A stretch of 64,000 nucleotides of DNA from Dehalococcoidia bacterium (GTDB lineage Bacteria > Chloroflexota > Dehalococcoidia > UBA2979): contig OZ253555.1 of the NCBI GenBank assembly GCA_965262725.1, positions 1,477,256 through 1,541,255 of the forward strand, in the 5' to 3' direction. This document shows, one piece after another, positions 12,917 through 20,942 of this stretch. Numbering within the stretch: the first letter of the stretch is position 1; each line of letters opens with the position of its first letter. Under the pieces are notes generated by a model. The model saw only the letters and a list, made by a program, of their open reading frames with translations. It did no database searches and was not told the origin of the DNA. A program made the position numbers and the translations under genes.

Positions 12917-14920
12917 ATGGTTCTCTGGGCGATCATTCCCGGCCGGGGCGGGGAGTACGAGGCGGACTTCCTCGAACACCAGCACGTCGGGGTCGGCTAC
13001 GGGTACGAGCAGGATCTCCGGGCGGTCGCGTCCAGGGACGAGCTGAGGGACGAACACGACGAGGGCCCCGACTCGCTCTGGCGCTTCTACGCGGAGCTGG
13101 AGACGGGTGCGCTGGTGGCGGTGCCGTTCACCGGGTCGCGAGTCTACGTGGGCGAAATCACCGGGGACTACGAGTTCCGGCGGGATGTCGCCCCCTACCA
13201 CATCCGCACCGTGCAGTGGTGGGCGGAGGACATACCGGACGGCGAGCTCGACAGCGACCTCTTCCATTCAATCAGGAGCGAGCAGGCCGTGCACCGCGTG
13301 CAGGTGCCCGGCGCGGAGCAGCGAGTGCGCAGGCTGGCGTGGGGCCGGATCGACTCCTGGCTCGAGCGGGCACAGGCGTTCACCGGGTCCGGGAAGCTGG
13401 ACGCCGACGAGATGGCGTACAAGCGCGAGATCATCGCGGCCCTCCGCCGGGCGCGCGACGCCGTGATCTCAGGCGACGGCGACTGGCCCGCGCTGATCAG
13501 GACGGCGATAGGCGTCCCCGGAAGTCCCATGGACTGGCGCGCCGGGCAGCCGCTCTACGCCTGGTTTGCGTCCGAGCCCGCGAGCGCGCGTGCCGCGATG
13601 CGTGCCTTCTGGGCGAATGACGAGACGCCGCTCGGGGAGCGTATCCGCGCCCTCGTCCGCCGCATCCCCGAGACCGGCGGGTTCACGAAGTCGCAGGTAG
13701 GGACGACGCTCCGGCCGGTTGCGGCCCTGCTGATGGCGCTGGGGCCCGAGTTCCCGCCCTTCGCGAGATACTCGTTCGACGAGGCCTACAAGCTCACGCG
13801 CTATCCGCGCTCGCGCGCGGGCGCGGACCAGGGGGCGATGTACGAGCACGCGCTGGGCTTCCTCGACCGGCTCGTCGAGCGCGCTGGCGAGCTGGGCTAC
13901 GAACGTCCTGCGGACCGCCTTGAGGCGCAATCAATCGTGTGGATGATGCGCGACGATCAGGGGGAGGAGGACGAACGCCGACCAACGCCTCCGGGCACGC
14001 GCGCGGAACCCGTATGCGATCTGGATGCGCTGGCGGGCGAACTCCTGCTGCCTGCCGCCTTCCTGCGGACGATCGAGCGATTGCTGGCCGACGCGCGCAA
14101 GCCGCAGGTCATCTTTCAGGGACCACCGGGGACGGGAAAGACCTACGTCGCGCGGAAGCTGGCGGAGTGCCTGGCCGGCGCGCCGGATCGCGTGCGGCTC
14201 GTCCAGTTTCACCCCTCGTATGCCTATGAGGACTTCGTGCAGGGCTACCGGCCGGTAGTCGACGCGGAGGGCCGCGCGGGCTTCCGCCTGCGGGACGGGC
14301 CGCTGGTGCAAATGGCGAAGCGCGCGCTGGCCGACCATGCGCACGGCCTCACGACGAAGTACTTCCTGGTCGTCGACGAGATCAACCGAGGGAACCTCGC
14401 CAAGGTGCTGGGCGAGCTCTACTTCCTGCTTGAGTACCGGAACGAGACAATCGAACTTCAGTACTCCGCCGAGCCCTTCGCGCTGCCTCCGAACCTACAC
14501 ATCATCGGCACGATGAACACCGCCGACCGTTCGATCGCGCTGGTCGATCTCGCACTTCGCCGCCGCTTCCACTTCGTCGAGTTCCATCTCGACAGGAAGC
14601 CCGTCAAGGGCCTGCTGAGGAGGTGGCTCGAGGCGAACGCGGGCGGCATGGAGTGGGTCGCCGACGTCGTCGACCTCGCCAACGAGAAGCTCGCGAACAG
14701 GGACGCCGCCATCGGCCCGAGCTACTTCATGCGGGAGGGGATCGATGAGGAGCAGGTCAGACTCGTCTGGAAGCATGACGCTCCGGCGGCGATTCGACAT
14801 CCCCCTGCCAGTCGACGTGCGCTACGACGACTTCACGGACGACATCACCGCCAACCGGCTGGTGAAGGCAGCATGCGCGCGTCTCGGGGGGATGCGCATC
14901 GGGGACCGCCGGTCACGTGA
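12917..14920 (+). CDS. mcrB: McrB-like GTPase (AAA+ motor of a modification-dependent McrBC restriction system) with a ~330-aa uncharacterised N-terminal domain. The 3' end is probably aberrant.
   Basis: VIFQGPPGTGKTYVARKLA (Walker A). FHPSYAYEDFVQGYRP. YFLVVDEINRGNLAKVLGELYFLLEYR (Walker B / McrB signature). NLHIIGTMNTADRSIALVDLALRRRFHFVEF. After IGPSYFMREG the last ~45 codons become Arg/Pro/His-rich and overlap mcrC by 176 nt. Confidence 0.85.
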   Translation: MVLWAIIPGRGGEYEADFLEHQHVGVGYGYEQDLRAVASRDELRDEHDEGPDSLWRFYAELETGALVAVPFTGSRVYVGEITGDYEFRRDVAPYHIRTVQWWAEDIPDGELDSDLFHSIRSEQAVHRVQVPGAEQRVRRLAWGRIDSWLERAQAFTGSGKLDADEMAYKREIIAALRRARDAVISGDGDWPALIRTAIGVPGSPMDWRAGQPLYAWFASEPASARAAMRAFWANDETPLGERIRALVRRIPETGGFTKSQVGTTLRPVAALLMALGPEFPPFARYSFDEAYKLTRYPRSRAGADQGAMYEHALGFLDRLVERAGELGYERPADRLEAQSIVWMMRDDQGEEDERRPTPPGTRAEPVCDLDALAGELLLPAAFLRTIERLLADARKPQVIFQGPPGTGKTYVARKLAECLAGAPDRVRLVQFHPSYAYEDFVQGYRPVVDAEGRAGFRLRDGPLVQMAKRALADHAHGLTTKYFLVVDEINRGNLAKVLGELYFLLEYRNETIELQYSAEPFALPPNLHIIGTMNTADRSIALVDLALRRRFHFVEFHLDRKPVKGLLRRWLEANAGGMEWVADVVDLANEKLANRDAAIGPSYFMREGIDEEQVRLVWKHDAPAAIRHPPASRRALRRLHGRHHRQPAGEGSMRASRGDAHRGPPVT

Positions 14921-15572
14921 GGGCCTTCGCCGCGTCGAGGCGACGCTCGCGAACGTCGCCCTGGTGCCGTTCAGTCCGCGCGACGTACCGGCCGTCGCGT
15001 TCGACCGGCTGAACGAGCACTACCGCGAGGTCGTGGACCTGTCGCGGCTCATCCTGCGCCACTGGACCCTCGAGGCGGTGCGCGGAGATGTGCGAGCATC
15101 CGGCTTCCTCATGGACATGAATGTCGTCTTTCAGCAGTTCGTGACGCGTGCGCTGCGGAGCGAGCTCCGCCTCTCGGAGCGAGCGTTCCGCTCGGACAGC
15201 CGCGCCGCCGGGACGTTCGACACGACGGGGCGAAGGCAGATTAAGCCCGACTTCTCTTGGTGGCTGGGTGCGCAATGCGTGTTCGCCGGGGATGCAAAGT
15301 ACAAGCGGGCGGATGACGGGCGCGTCCCCAGCGCCGACCTGTACCAAGCGCTCGCCTATGCGACCGCGCTCAATATCCCCGGCGCATTGCTGGCCTACGC
15401 CGAGGGCGCGCCCGAGGTGTACGACGTGCGCCACTCCAGCAAGCGGCTGGAGGTGGCAACGGTGAGCCTCGCCGGGACGATCGATGACCTGCGAGCCTCC
15501 ATCGTGGGGCTCGCGGAGCGCGTCCGCCGCTTGCGTGCCAAAACGCTGCGTCAGCGGCGCCGCGCAGCTTAG
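14745..15572 (+). CDS. mcrC: McrC-like nuclease subunit (PD-(D/E)xK). It appears N-terminally truncated relative to canonical McrC (~350-450 aa).
   Basis: DDITANRLVKAACARL aligns with E. coli McrC EDTLANRIIKSTLAIL (~residue 105 there, residue ~35 here). LMDMNVVFQQFV and the catalytic IKPDFSWW...VFAGDAKYK (D...D-x-K) are present. The start is uncertain (ATG at 14745 or 14775). Confidence 0.75.
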   Translation: MRSRSDSSGSMTLRRRFDIPLPVDVRYDDFTDDITANRLVKAACARLGGMRIGDRRSREGLRRVEATLANVALVPFSPRDVPAVAFDRLNEHYREVVDLSRLILRHWTLEAVRGDVRASGFLMDMNVVFQQFVTRALRSELRLSERAFRSDSRAAGTFDTTGRRQIKPDFSWWLGAQCVFAGDAKYKRADDGRVPSADLYQALAYATALNIPGALLAYAEGAPEVYDVRHSSKRLEVATVSLAGTIDDLRASIVGLAERVRRLRAKTLRQRRRAA

Positions 15573-15790
15573 CGAGAAGCCCTCCGGGTTGTTCTGCAGC
15601 ACTCATGGGGTGTCGTGCCAGGAGCACTGATCCATTAGGCCGTCGCAGGAACCAACCCGCCGGGTCGCACGAGCAGCGCGAAGCGGGAGAGGAACTGAGA
15701 CACGATGGCCTTGTACCTGGGCGGAGGTACTGGAGCTGCCACGGACCTGAGGACTGGCACCGGGCCATCGCCGCGGAAGGGGGTGAGCTG

Positions 15791-16603
15791 GTGTGGGAGG
15801 ACCCGCTCGCCGAGCTGCCTCGTCGGAGTAATAGCGCGGATTGGGACGCAAGCCTGGGCGGAGTGAGCCCAGACGGCCAGACGCTGGTGGCGCATGTCTG
15901 CGAGCGAGGAGTCTGTTGGGAGTTCGATCGCCCGCCGAGCGAGGATGCAGTAGAGGGGCTCTGGGCTTCTGTCGACGGGGGCGAGACGTGGGAGAGGTGG
16001 GGCGACTTCCCGAAGGGGCTGGTGCGGGAGTGGGTCTCGGTCGTGACGGAGGAGGATGTCGTTGTCTTCTCGCCCTCGGACGCAACTGACGCGTACCGGG
16101 CGTGGTGGTTCCGCTCGGGGGAGGACATGGCGCCGCCGGAGGGCATCGACCACCCGCGCATCCTGGGGTGGCGCACCGGCGGAGACGCCCCCGAGCCCAT
16201 CTGGGAGGATGGCGACGGCACCGTCGCTGTCTCTGCCTCCGGTGATGATCTTCCCAGGCCTCCCGGCTATTCGTTCGCGATCCCCCTTCCCGACGGCTCG
16301 ATGCTGTGGAGCGAGGTCACATTGCGCCATGGGAACCGGGAGAGGCCGGGGGCGCGAGACCTCGTCCTTTACCTGAGCGACCAGGGCGAAACCGTGTGGG
16401 CGTATTCGTGGGACGGGCCGCGCTCGCTTGTGCTGATCGGCCACGTGGAAGGGCAGCTCTTTGCGGGATTCCTCGGAACCTGGTCATGCGGGGACGGAGT
16501 GGACGCGGTCCTGGTGGACCTGGGGTCGCGCTCTCTCCATACCCTCCTCGGGATCGAGGGGGGCACCGTTGTTCCCTTCGCGGCGCGGCCGGCACCCGAC
16601 TAG
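15791..16603 (+). CDS. Hypothetical protein (~270 aa), Trp/Asp/Glu-rich, no recognised domain.
   Basis: Long ORF with non-repetitive composition. A GTG at 15791 is preceded by SD GGAAGGGGG. The track ORF starts at 15605, but its first 60 codons are Arg-rich. The overlapping minus-strand ORFs are Pro/Ser/Arg-rich artefacts. Confidence 0.5.
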   Translation: MWEDPLAELPRRSNSADWDASLGGVSPDGQTLVAHVCERGVCWEFDRPPSEDAVEGLWASVDGGETWERWGDFPKGLVREWVSVVTEEDVVVFSPSDATDAYRAWWFRSGEDMAPPEGIDHPRILGWRTGGDAPEPIWEDGDGTVAVSASGDDLPRPPGYSFAIPLPDGSMLWSEVTLRHGNRERPGARDLVLYLSDQGETVWAYSWDGPRSLVLIGHVEGQLFAGFLGTWSCGDGVDAVLVDLGSRSLHTLLGIEGGTVVPFAARPAPD

Positions 16604-17138
16604 CCTCCCGCGTTGACTCCTGCTGCCCGCGCGCGCCCTGCGCGTGACGCGTGCCTCCGGGCTTGCTCATCCCTCGAGGCGCACGCCGTCGGAATGCCAG
16701 CGGAGGTCGTCGCCGTGCGCGCAGCCATCGACGCCGTCGTCGGTGCGGATGTGCATCCAGCCGCGGGAGATGCCGTCGGGCTCGGCGACCGTGCGGTTCG
16801 GCAGGCACGCCACGATCGGCGCGGCGACCGAGTCGCCCTTCGCACACGGTCAGGCACGTGTCGACGGCGACCTCGACCGGCAGGCGATCGTCGAACCGCG
16901 CTGACGCTCCCCGTCTCGATCTCGGCACCTGCGAGTGGACAATTTACCAGCTGCGCGCTGATCCCCCCAAATCGGGATCGTATCGGTCCCCCGAAGATCT
17001 GGGAGGACTCGCCCCGGAGTGTCAGTCGGGAGCGACCGCCCGGGGCAACCGACCTTCGTCGCGCAACCGCATTCCGGGACCTCTGGTGGTCGCGCTCGCC
17101 GCACGCGGCGTCGACATCCTGAGTGCGAGCGCGCCGCG

Positions 17139-19670
17139 CTACGCCTCCTCGAGGTCCTCGGTGAGGGCGGACGCGAGCTGCTCGCCCCCGGACTGGGAGC
17201 GGACCCCGTCGACGAGATCGAGGTCGCCGAGGCGCCGGATCGCCCGCACGAGCGGGGCGACTCGCTTGCCCGTGGGGGAGGAGAAGAGGCGCTCGATGAT
17301 CTCCTTTCCGTCACGCGAGGGCCTCCCGGAGGCACCCAGCACGGCCCGCTCCCTGGGCGTGGACCACCTCAGGACCTCGTAGAGCCAGTCCCCGAGGGCC
17401 GCGTCGTCGCCCGCTGCACCGGCGAGACCGACGTACTCGAGCGCCGGCCCCTCACGGGCCAGAGCCGCTCGCTCCGCGGTCGAGCCACCCTCCGCTGCGC
17501 GCAAGATTCCCAGCAGGCTCCGCGACTCCTCGGCGCTCGTCTGCAGTGCCCTCCCCCGCGACGGCGCGTACTCGGTCAGCCGCCCCGCGGCGGCCGCCGC
17601 AAGCGGCTCCCATGTGATATCCGGGTCCGCGCGTGAGAGCACCTCGAGCGCGCGCAGGGTCTCCCCCGGCTCCTCCGCCACGCGCTTCGCGAGCGCCTCC
17701 TCGAACGTCGGCCGGTCCGCCGGCTCGACCGAGAGCCTCGCAGCGCAGTCCTCCCAGCCCGGCAGCGCGGCGTAGGCTGCGAGGGCGTCGCAAACTCGCT
17801 CCGCGTCGCCGGACGCCCGCACCGTCAGCCACTCGAACCGGCGCAGGAGCGCGTGCGCTCCCTCGGCCCAGCCCGCACCGCCGCCTGCGTCGATAGCGAC
17901 GGCCGTCGCCCTCGCCGCGATCGCCTCCGCGTCGGCCCGGCCGACGAGCGAGAACAGATCCGCGAGGCGCGCGGCCACCGAGGGAGTCAGCGGCGGCCAC
18001 ACCTCGGCCTCGCGCCCGCCCCGGGCGAGCAGCTCGGTGACGTCTCGCCATTCGTCGTCGGGGCGGAGCTCCTCCGGGATCTCCGCAAGGCGGCTCGCGG
18101 CGAGCAGAAGGGTGGGCGGCGACGACGAGGGCACCCGCATGAACCCGGACCCGGCGAGCGCTTCCCAGAACCCCGTCCGGCCGGCGAGCTCCACGAGCCC
18201 GTCCGCCTCCTCCCGCATCAGGGAATTGTCGATGAGGGGTCCGTAGAGCAGCTGCAGCGCGCGCTCCGGAGGAGCACCGAATGCGATGGCCGCGAGATGC
18301 GCCTCGACGCGCGCATCGAGGAGAGGAGCGACGCCGGGCAGAATCGGATCCTCCCGGCGCAGGTCGGCGGCCACCTCGGGGCCCTGCTTCCGCTGGCTCG
18401 CGTAGTACGCGAGGCTCGCGATCGGGAGGTCGTGCTGCCAGCGCCGGTGCAGCGCGCCGATGCCGTTGACGTAGAGCTTCAGCTCTCGGGGACTCGGCGC
18501 CCGATCGCCTCCCGCAAGCTGGTGCTGGTAGAGGCGGTAGAGAGCGTAGTGGTCGGTGTCGTGCTCCGGGAGTGCGCGGCGCAGCAGCGAGGCGAGGTAC
18601 TCGCGCCAGTCGCTGAGCAGCAGCAGCGGCACCTCGAAGTGCACCTGGATGCTCTTGTCGAGGAAGGACTCCGCCAGCGTGCGCGGCGGTGATCCTCCCA
18701 CCTCGGGGCGGGCGACCAGGCCGTCCCACAGGCGGTCGATAGCGCCCTTGTCGTACGGCAGCAGCACCCAGAGCGAGTCGAGCCAGGGCGGGCGCGGATC
18801 GCTAGTGTGGTGCAGGAACGTCTGTAGCGTCGCCCACACCGCGCGTGCGTCCTCGGGAGCCACGCGGTCGAGGTTGTCGACGACGAGGACGAGACGTCTC
18901 GTGGGATGACCATCGAGCGCGGCGCACATGAGGTCGCCGAACTCGCGCTCGAACTCGACGGATGTCGGGTCCGGCGTCTCGACCGTCTCGCGGTCGGACT
19001 GCGTGACCGACTGCACCGAGAACAGCTCGAGCCACCGGGCGGCGGAGTCGTCCCGCCGGAGGCAGTGGGCAAGCCCCGCTACGGCGAGCGCGAAGACCGC
19101 CAGCCCGCCGAGGATCCCGGCACCCGAGCGCCAGGTGGCGGGATCGCCCGAAGAGAGCCCCGCGTTCAGCAGCGCGACGCCCGACGGCACCAGGACAGCG
19201 AAGAGGACGCCTGCCACGATGCCCGCCGGCGTGATCCTGGGCCGCGTGTGCTCGACGCGGTCCCTCCTGGAGAGGCTCTCACGCCGTTCGCGCCACTTCT
19301 TGCCGTCGACCCACTCCTTCTCACCGAGCAGGATGTCGATGAGCGTCTCGAGAAAGGAGCGGCGCAGGGGATCGCCCTCGTGCGCCCAGGCGTCGAAGAC
19401 CGCGACGCGCTCGTCCTGGCCGCTCATGCGCTCGGCGAGGAGCCGGACGACCGTGGACTTCCCGGAACCCCAGCGGCCCTCGAGCCCGATCGTGCGCCCG
19501 CCGTCCTCACGGGTGATCAGCTCATGGATGGCGGCGGCGATCGGCTCGTGCGATCCGAACTGGTCCTCGTCGACCGGCGCATCGTCGAGCGTCCACGTGG
19601 GGCACGACGCACCCGGACGCGCATCGTCAGCGATGGCGGGGCTCCTGTCGGGCGGGGAGAGGCCGGCCAT
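17139..19670 (-). CDS. KAP-family P-loop NTPase (843 aa from the ATG at 19670) with two transmembrane helices inserted in the NTPase domain.
   Basis: Walker A GLEGRWGSGKST. Hydrophobic inserts ITPAGIVAGVLFAVLVPSGVALL and ILGGLAVFALAVAGLAHCL. Walker B LVLVVDNLDR. The track ORF extends to 19982 through a (GT)n-encoding hexanucleotide repeat; that Arg/Gly/Pro-rich extension is unlikely to be coding. Confidence 0.85.
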   Translation of the reverse strand: MAGLSPPDRSPAIADDARPGASCPTWTLDDAPVDEDQFGSHEPIAAAIHELITREDGGRTIGLEGRWGSGKSTVVRLLAERMSGQDERVAVFDAWAHEGDPLRRSFLETLIDILLGEKEWVDGKKWRERRESLSRRDRVEHTRPRITPAGIVAGVLFAVLVPSGVALLNAGLSSGDPATWRSGAGILGGLAVFALAVAGLAHCLRRDDSAARWLELFSVQSVTQSDRETVETPDPTSVEFEREFGDLMCAALDGHPTRRLVLVVDNLDRVAPEDARAVWATLQTFLHHTSDPRPPWLDSLWVLLPYDKGAIDRLWDGLVARPEVGGSPPRTLAESFLDKSIQVHFEVPLLLLSDWREYLASLLRRALPEHDTDHYALYRLYQHQLAGGDRAPSPRELKLYVNGIGALHRRWQHDLPIASLAYYASQRKQGPEVAADLRREDPILPGVAPLLDARVEAHLAAIAFGAPPERALQLLYGPLIDNSLMREEADGLVELAGRTGFWEALAGSGFMRVPSSSPPTLLLAASRLAEIPEELRPDDEWRDVTELLARGGREAEVWPPLTPSVAARLADLFSLVGRADAEAIAARATAVAIDAGGGAGWAEGAHALLRRFEWLTVRASGDAERVCDALAAYAALPGWEDCAARLSVEPADRPTFEEALAKRVAEEPGETLRALEVLSRADPDITWEPLAAAAAGRLTEYAPSRGRALQTSAEESRSLLGILRAAEGGSTAERAALAREGPALEYVGLAGAAGDDAALGDWLYEVLRWSTPRERAVLGASGRPSRDGKEIIERLFSSPTGKRVAPLVRAIRRLGDLDLVDGVRSQSGGEQLASALTEDLEEA

Positions 19671-19920
19671 CGGCGTGAGAGCGAGATCATACGCCCGGCC
19701 GCGCGGGCGGCACACCAAGGGGAGGGCTCCTCCGCGCCTCCCTCGCCGGTGCGCGTGCGGCAGGGGTGAGCAGCCGGCGCTGCGCCCGGGCGAGCGAGAG
19801 GAGGCGGGCGGCCGCGGTCGCCCGCCCGCCGTACACGCCCCGGCGAGGCGCCGGCTGAGCCGCCCGCTCCGCGGGCCGGGCACCGCGCGTCGGCTGCCCC
19901 GCTCACGTCCCGATCCCCCG

Positions 19921-19968
19921 CCCGTGCCGGTGCCCGTGCCGGTGCCCGTGCCCGTGCCCGTGCCCGTG
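19921..19968. repeat. Tandem hexanucleotide repeat (CCSGTG) x8, immediately 5' of / overlapping the extended KAP NTPase reading frame.
   Basis: cccgtg ccggtg cccgtg ccggtg cccgtg cccgtg cccgtg cccgtg, read directly. On the minus strand it is in-frame and encodes (GT)8. Confidence 0.9.
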
Positions 19969-20119
19969 CCGCGAAGCCTCAACGGCGCCGGAGGACGTGG
20001 CGACCCCGTCCGTCTCAGGGCGTGCGAGGGGAGGGGACGTCACAACCGACCGCGCAGCCGGCGCGTCGGCCGGCTAGACCCAAGCCGGCTGCCGGTCCAG
20101 GGACGAGCGGCGAACTGCC

Positions 20120-20469
20120 GCGTCGGGGACGTGCCGGGCCGTGACGTCCGTGACGAGATCGAAGAACCACGAGCCAGCTCCCGGTGCGACGATCACTTCC
20201 CCGATGAGCAGGCCCAGGTCGACCCTGTCCCGGACGCCGGGGGCTTCAGCCTTGTCGTACACGAGGGCGGCAGCGTCGAAGAACTTGTGGCCTGCGCCCA
20301 GGGCCTGCACGTCACGGCGCTCTACGCGCTGGTCGAGGGCGAGTACGTCTCCTACATCCTCGGCGCGCCGCAGTTCGTGAACGAGGACTTCGCCGGGCTC
20401 TTCGCCGACAGCGTTCCCCCGCTCACGCCGTTCGTCGTCAAGAGCGAGGGGCCTCCCGCAGCCAACTGA
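20120..20469 (+). pseudogene. Possible 5'-truncated gene remnant (C-terminal ~110 aa of an unknown protein).
   Basis: The tail of the artefactual ORF 18928..20469 switches to protein-like composition: ...GGFSLVVHEGGSVEELVACAQGLHVTALYALVEGEYVSYILGAPQFVNEDFAGLFADSVPPLTPFVVKSEG. An overlapping minus-strand ORF 20074..20310 is an alternative reading. Confidence 0.25.
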
Positions 20470-20942
20470 TTTCTCCCTACAGGCCCTGCGTCCGCCGGTT
20501 CGCGATCGCGACCCGATGCAGGTTCAGCCGGGCCGCGCGGCCCGGGCGCTCTCGATAATCAGCATCGAGCGAGACACGTGCGCGCTCACCGAGGGCGTCA
20601 CTGAGCAGGTTGGACCTCTCTTTCCAGTTGAAGGACTGAAGGCGCGCGCTCAGGCGGGACACTTCTTGCTCCGCCCACGCCTGAGCATGCCGCTCCAGCC
20701 AAGCGGGCCGATGCCGCGACTCGCGTGCTGCTGACTCTCCGGGGCGGTGTACGGGGGTGCCCGAACCGCCTGACGCGTCCCCGGCATGTGAATCGCCAGG
20801 ATCTATAGACCAGCAAACGGCCAGATCGCCAGGGTCATTGATCCACTTCGCCAGGGTCATTGAGCCACCCCTCCGGGGGGTCTGACCACTCGGGCCGCCG
20901 GTACGGCCACCATCGCCTGCATCCCCAGCGGAGGGAGCAGCG

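Noticed and set aside
16613-17382. ORFs 16613..17122(+), 16651..17382(+), 16317..16928(-).
   Set aside because: Arg/Pro/Ser-dominated sequences with no motifs. The region is treated as non-coding or a decayed gene.
19921-19968. Hexanucleotide tandem repeat considered as a CRISPR array or coding (GT)n domain.
   Set aside because: There are no spacers and the units are only 6 nt, so it is a simple-sequence repeat. The encoded Gly-Thr run lies in an Arg/Pro-rich improbable N-terminal extension. No CRISPR arrays were found anywhere in the window.
17452-20469. ORFs 17452..18729(-), 17853..18692(+) and 18928..20469(+) overlapping the KAP NTPase.
   Set aside because: Arg/Pro/Gly-rich low-complexity translations, antisense or out of frame with the motif-bearing KAP reading frame. 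Only the last ~110 codons of 18928..20469 look protein-like; these are reported separately as a possible remnant.
20477-20860. Minus-strand ORF spanning the IS21 left terminus.
   Set aside because: It starts inside the IS terminal repeat and reads out into flanking DNA. It is a chimeric read-through, not an independent gene, although the flank part (WLERHAQAWAEQEVSRLSARLQSF...) might belong to a disrupted gene.
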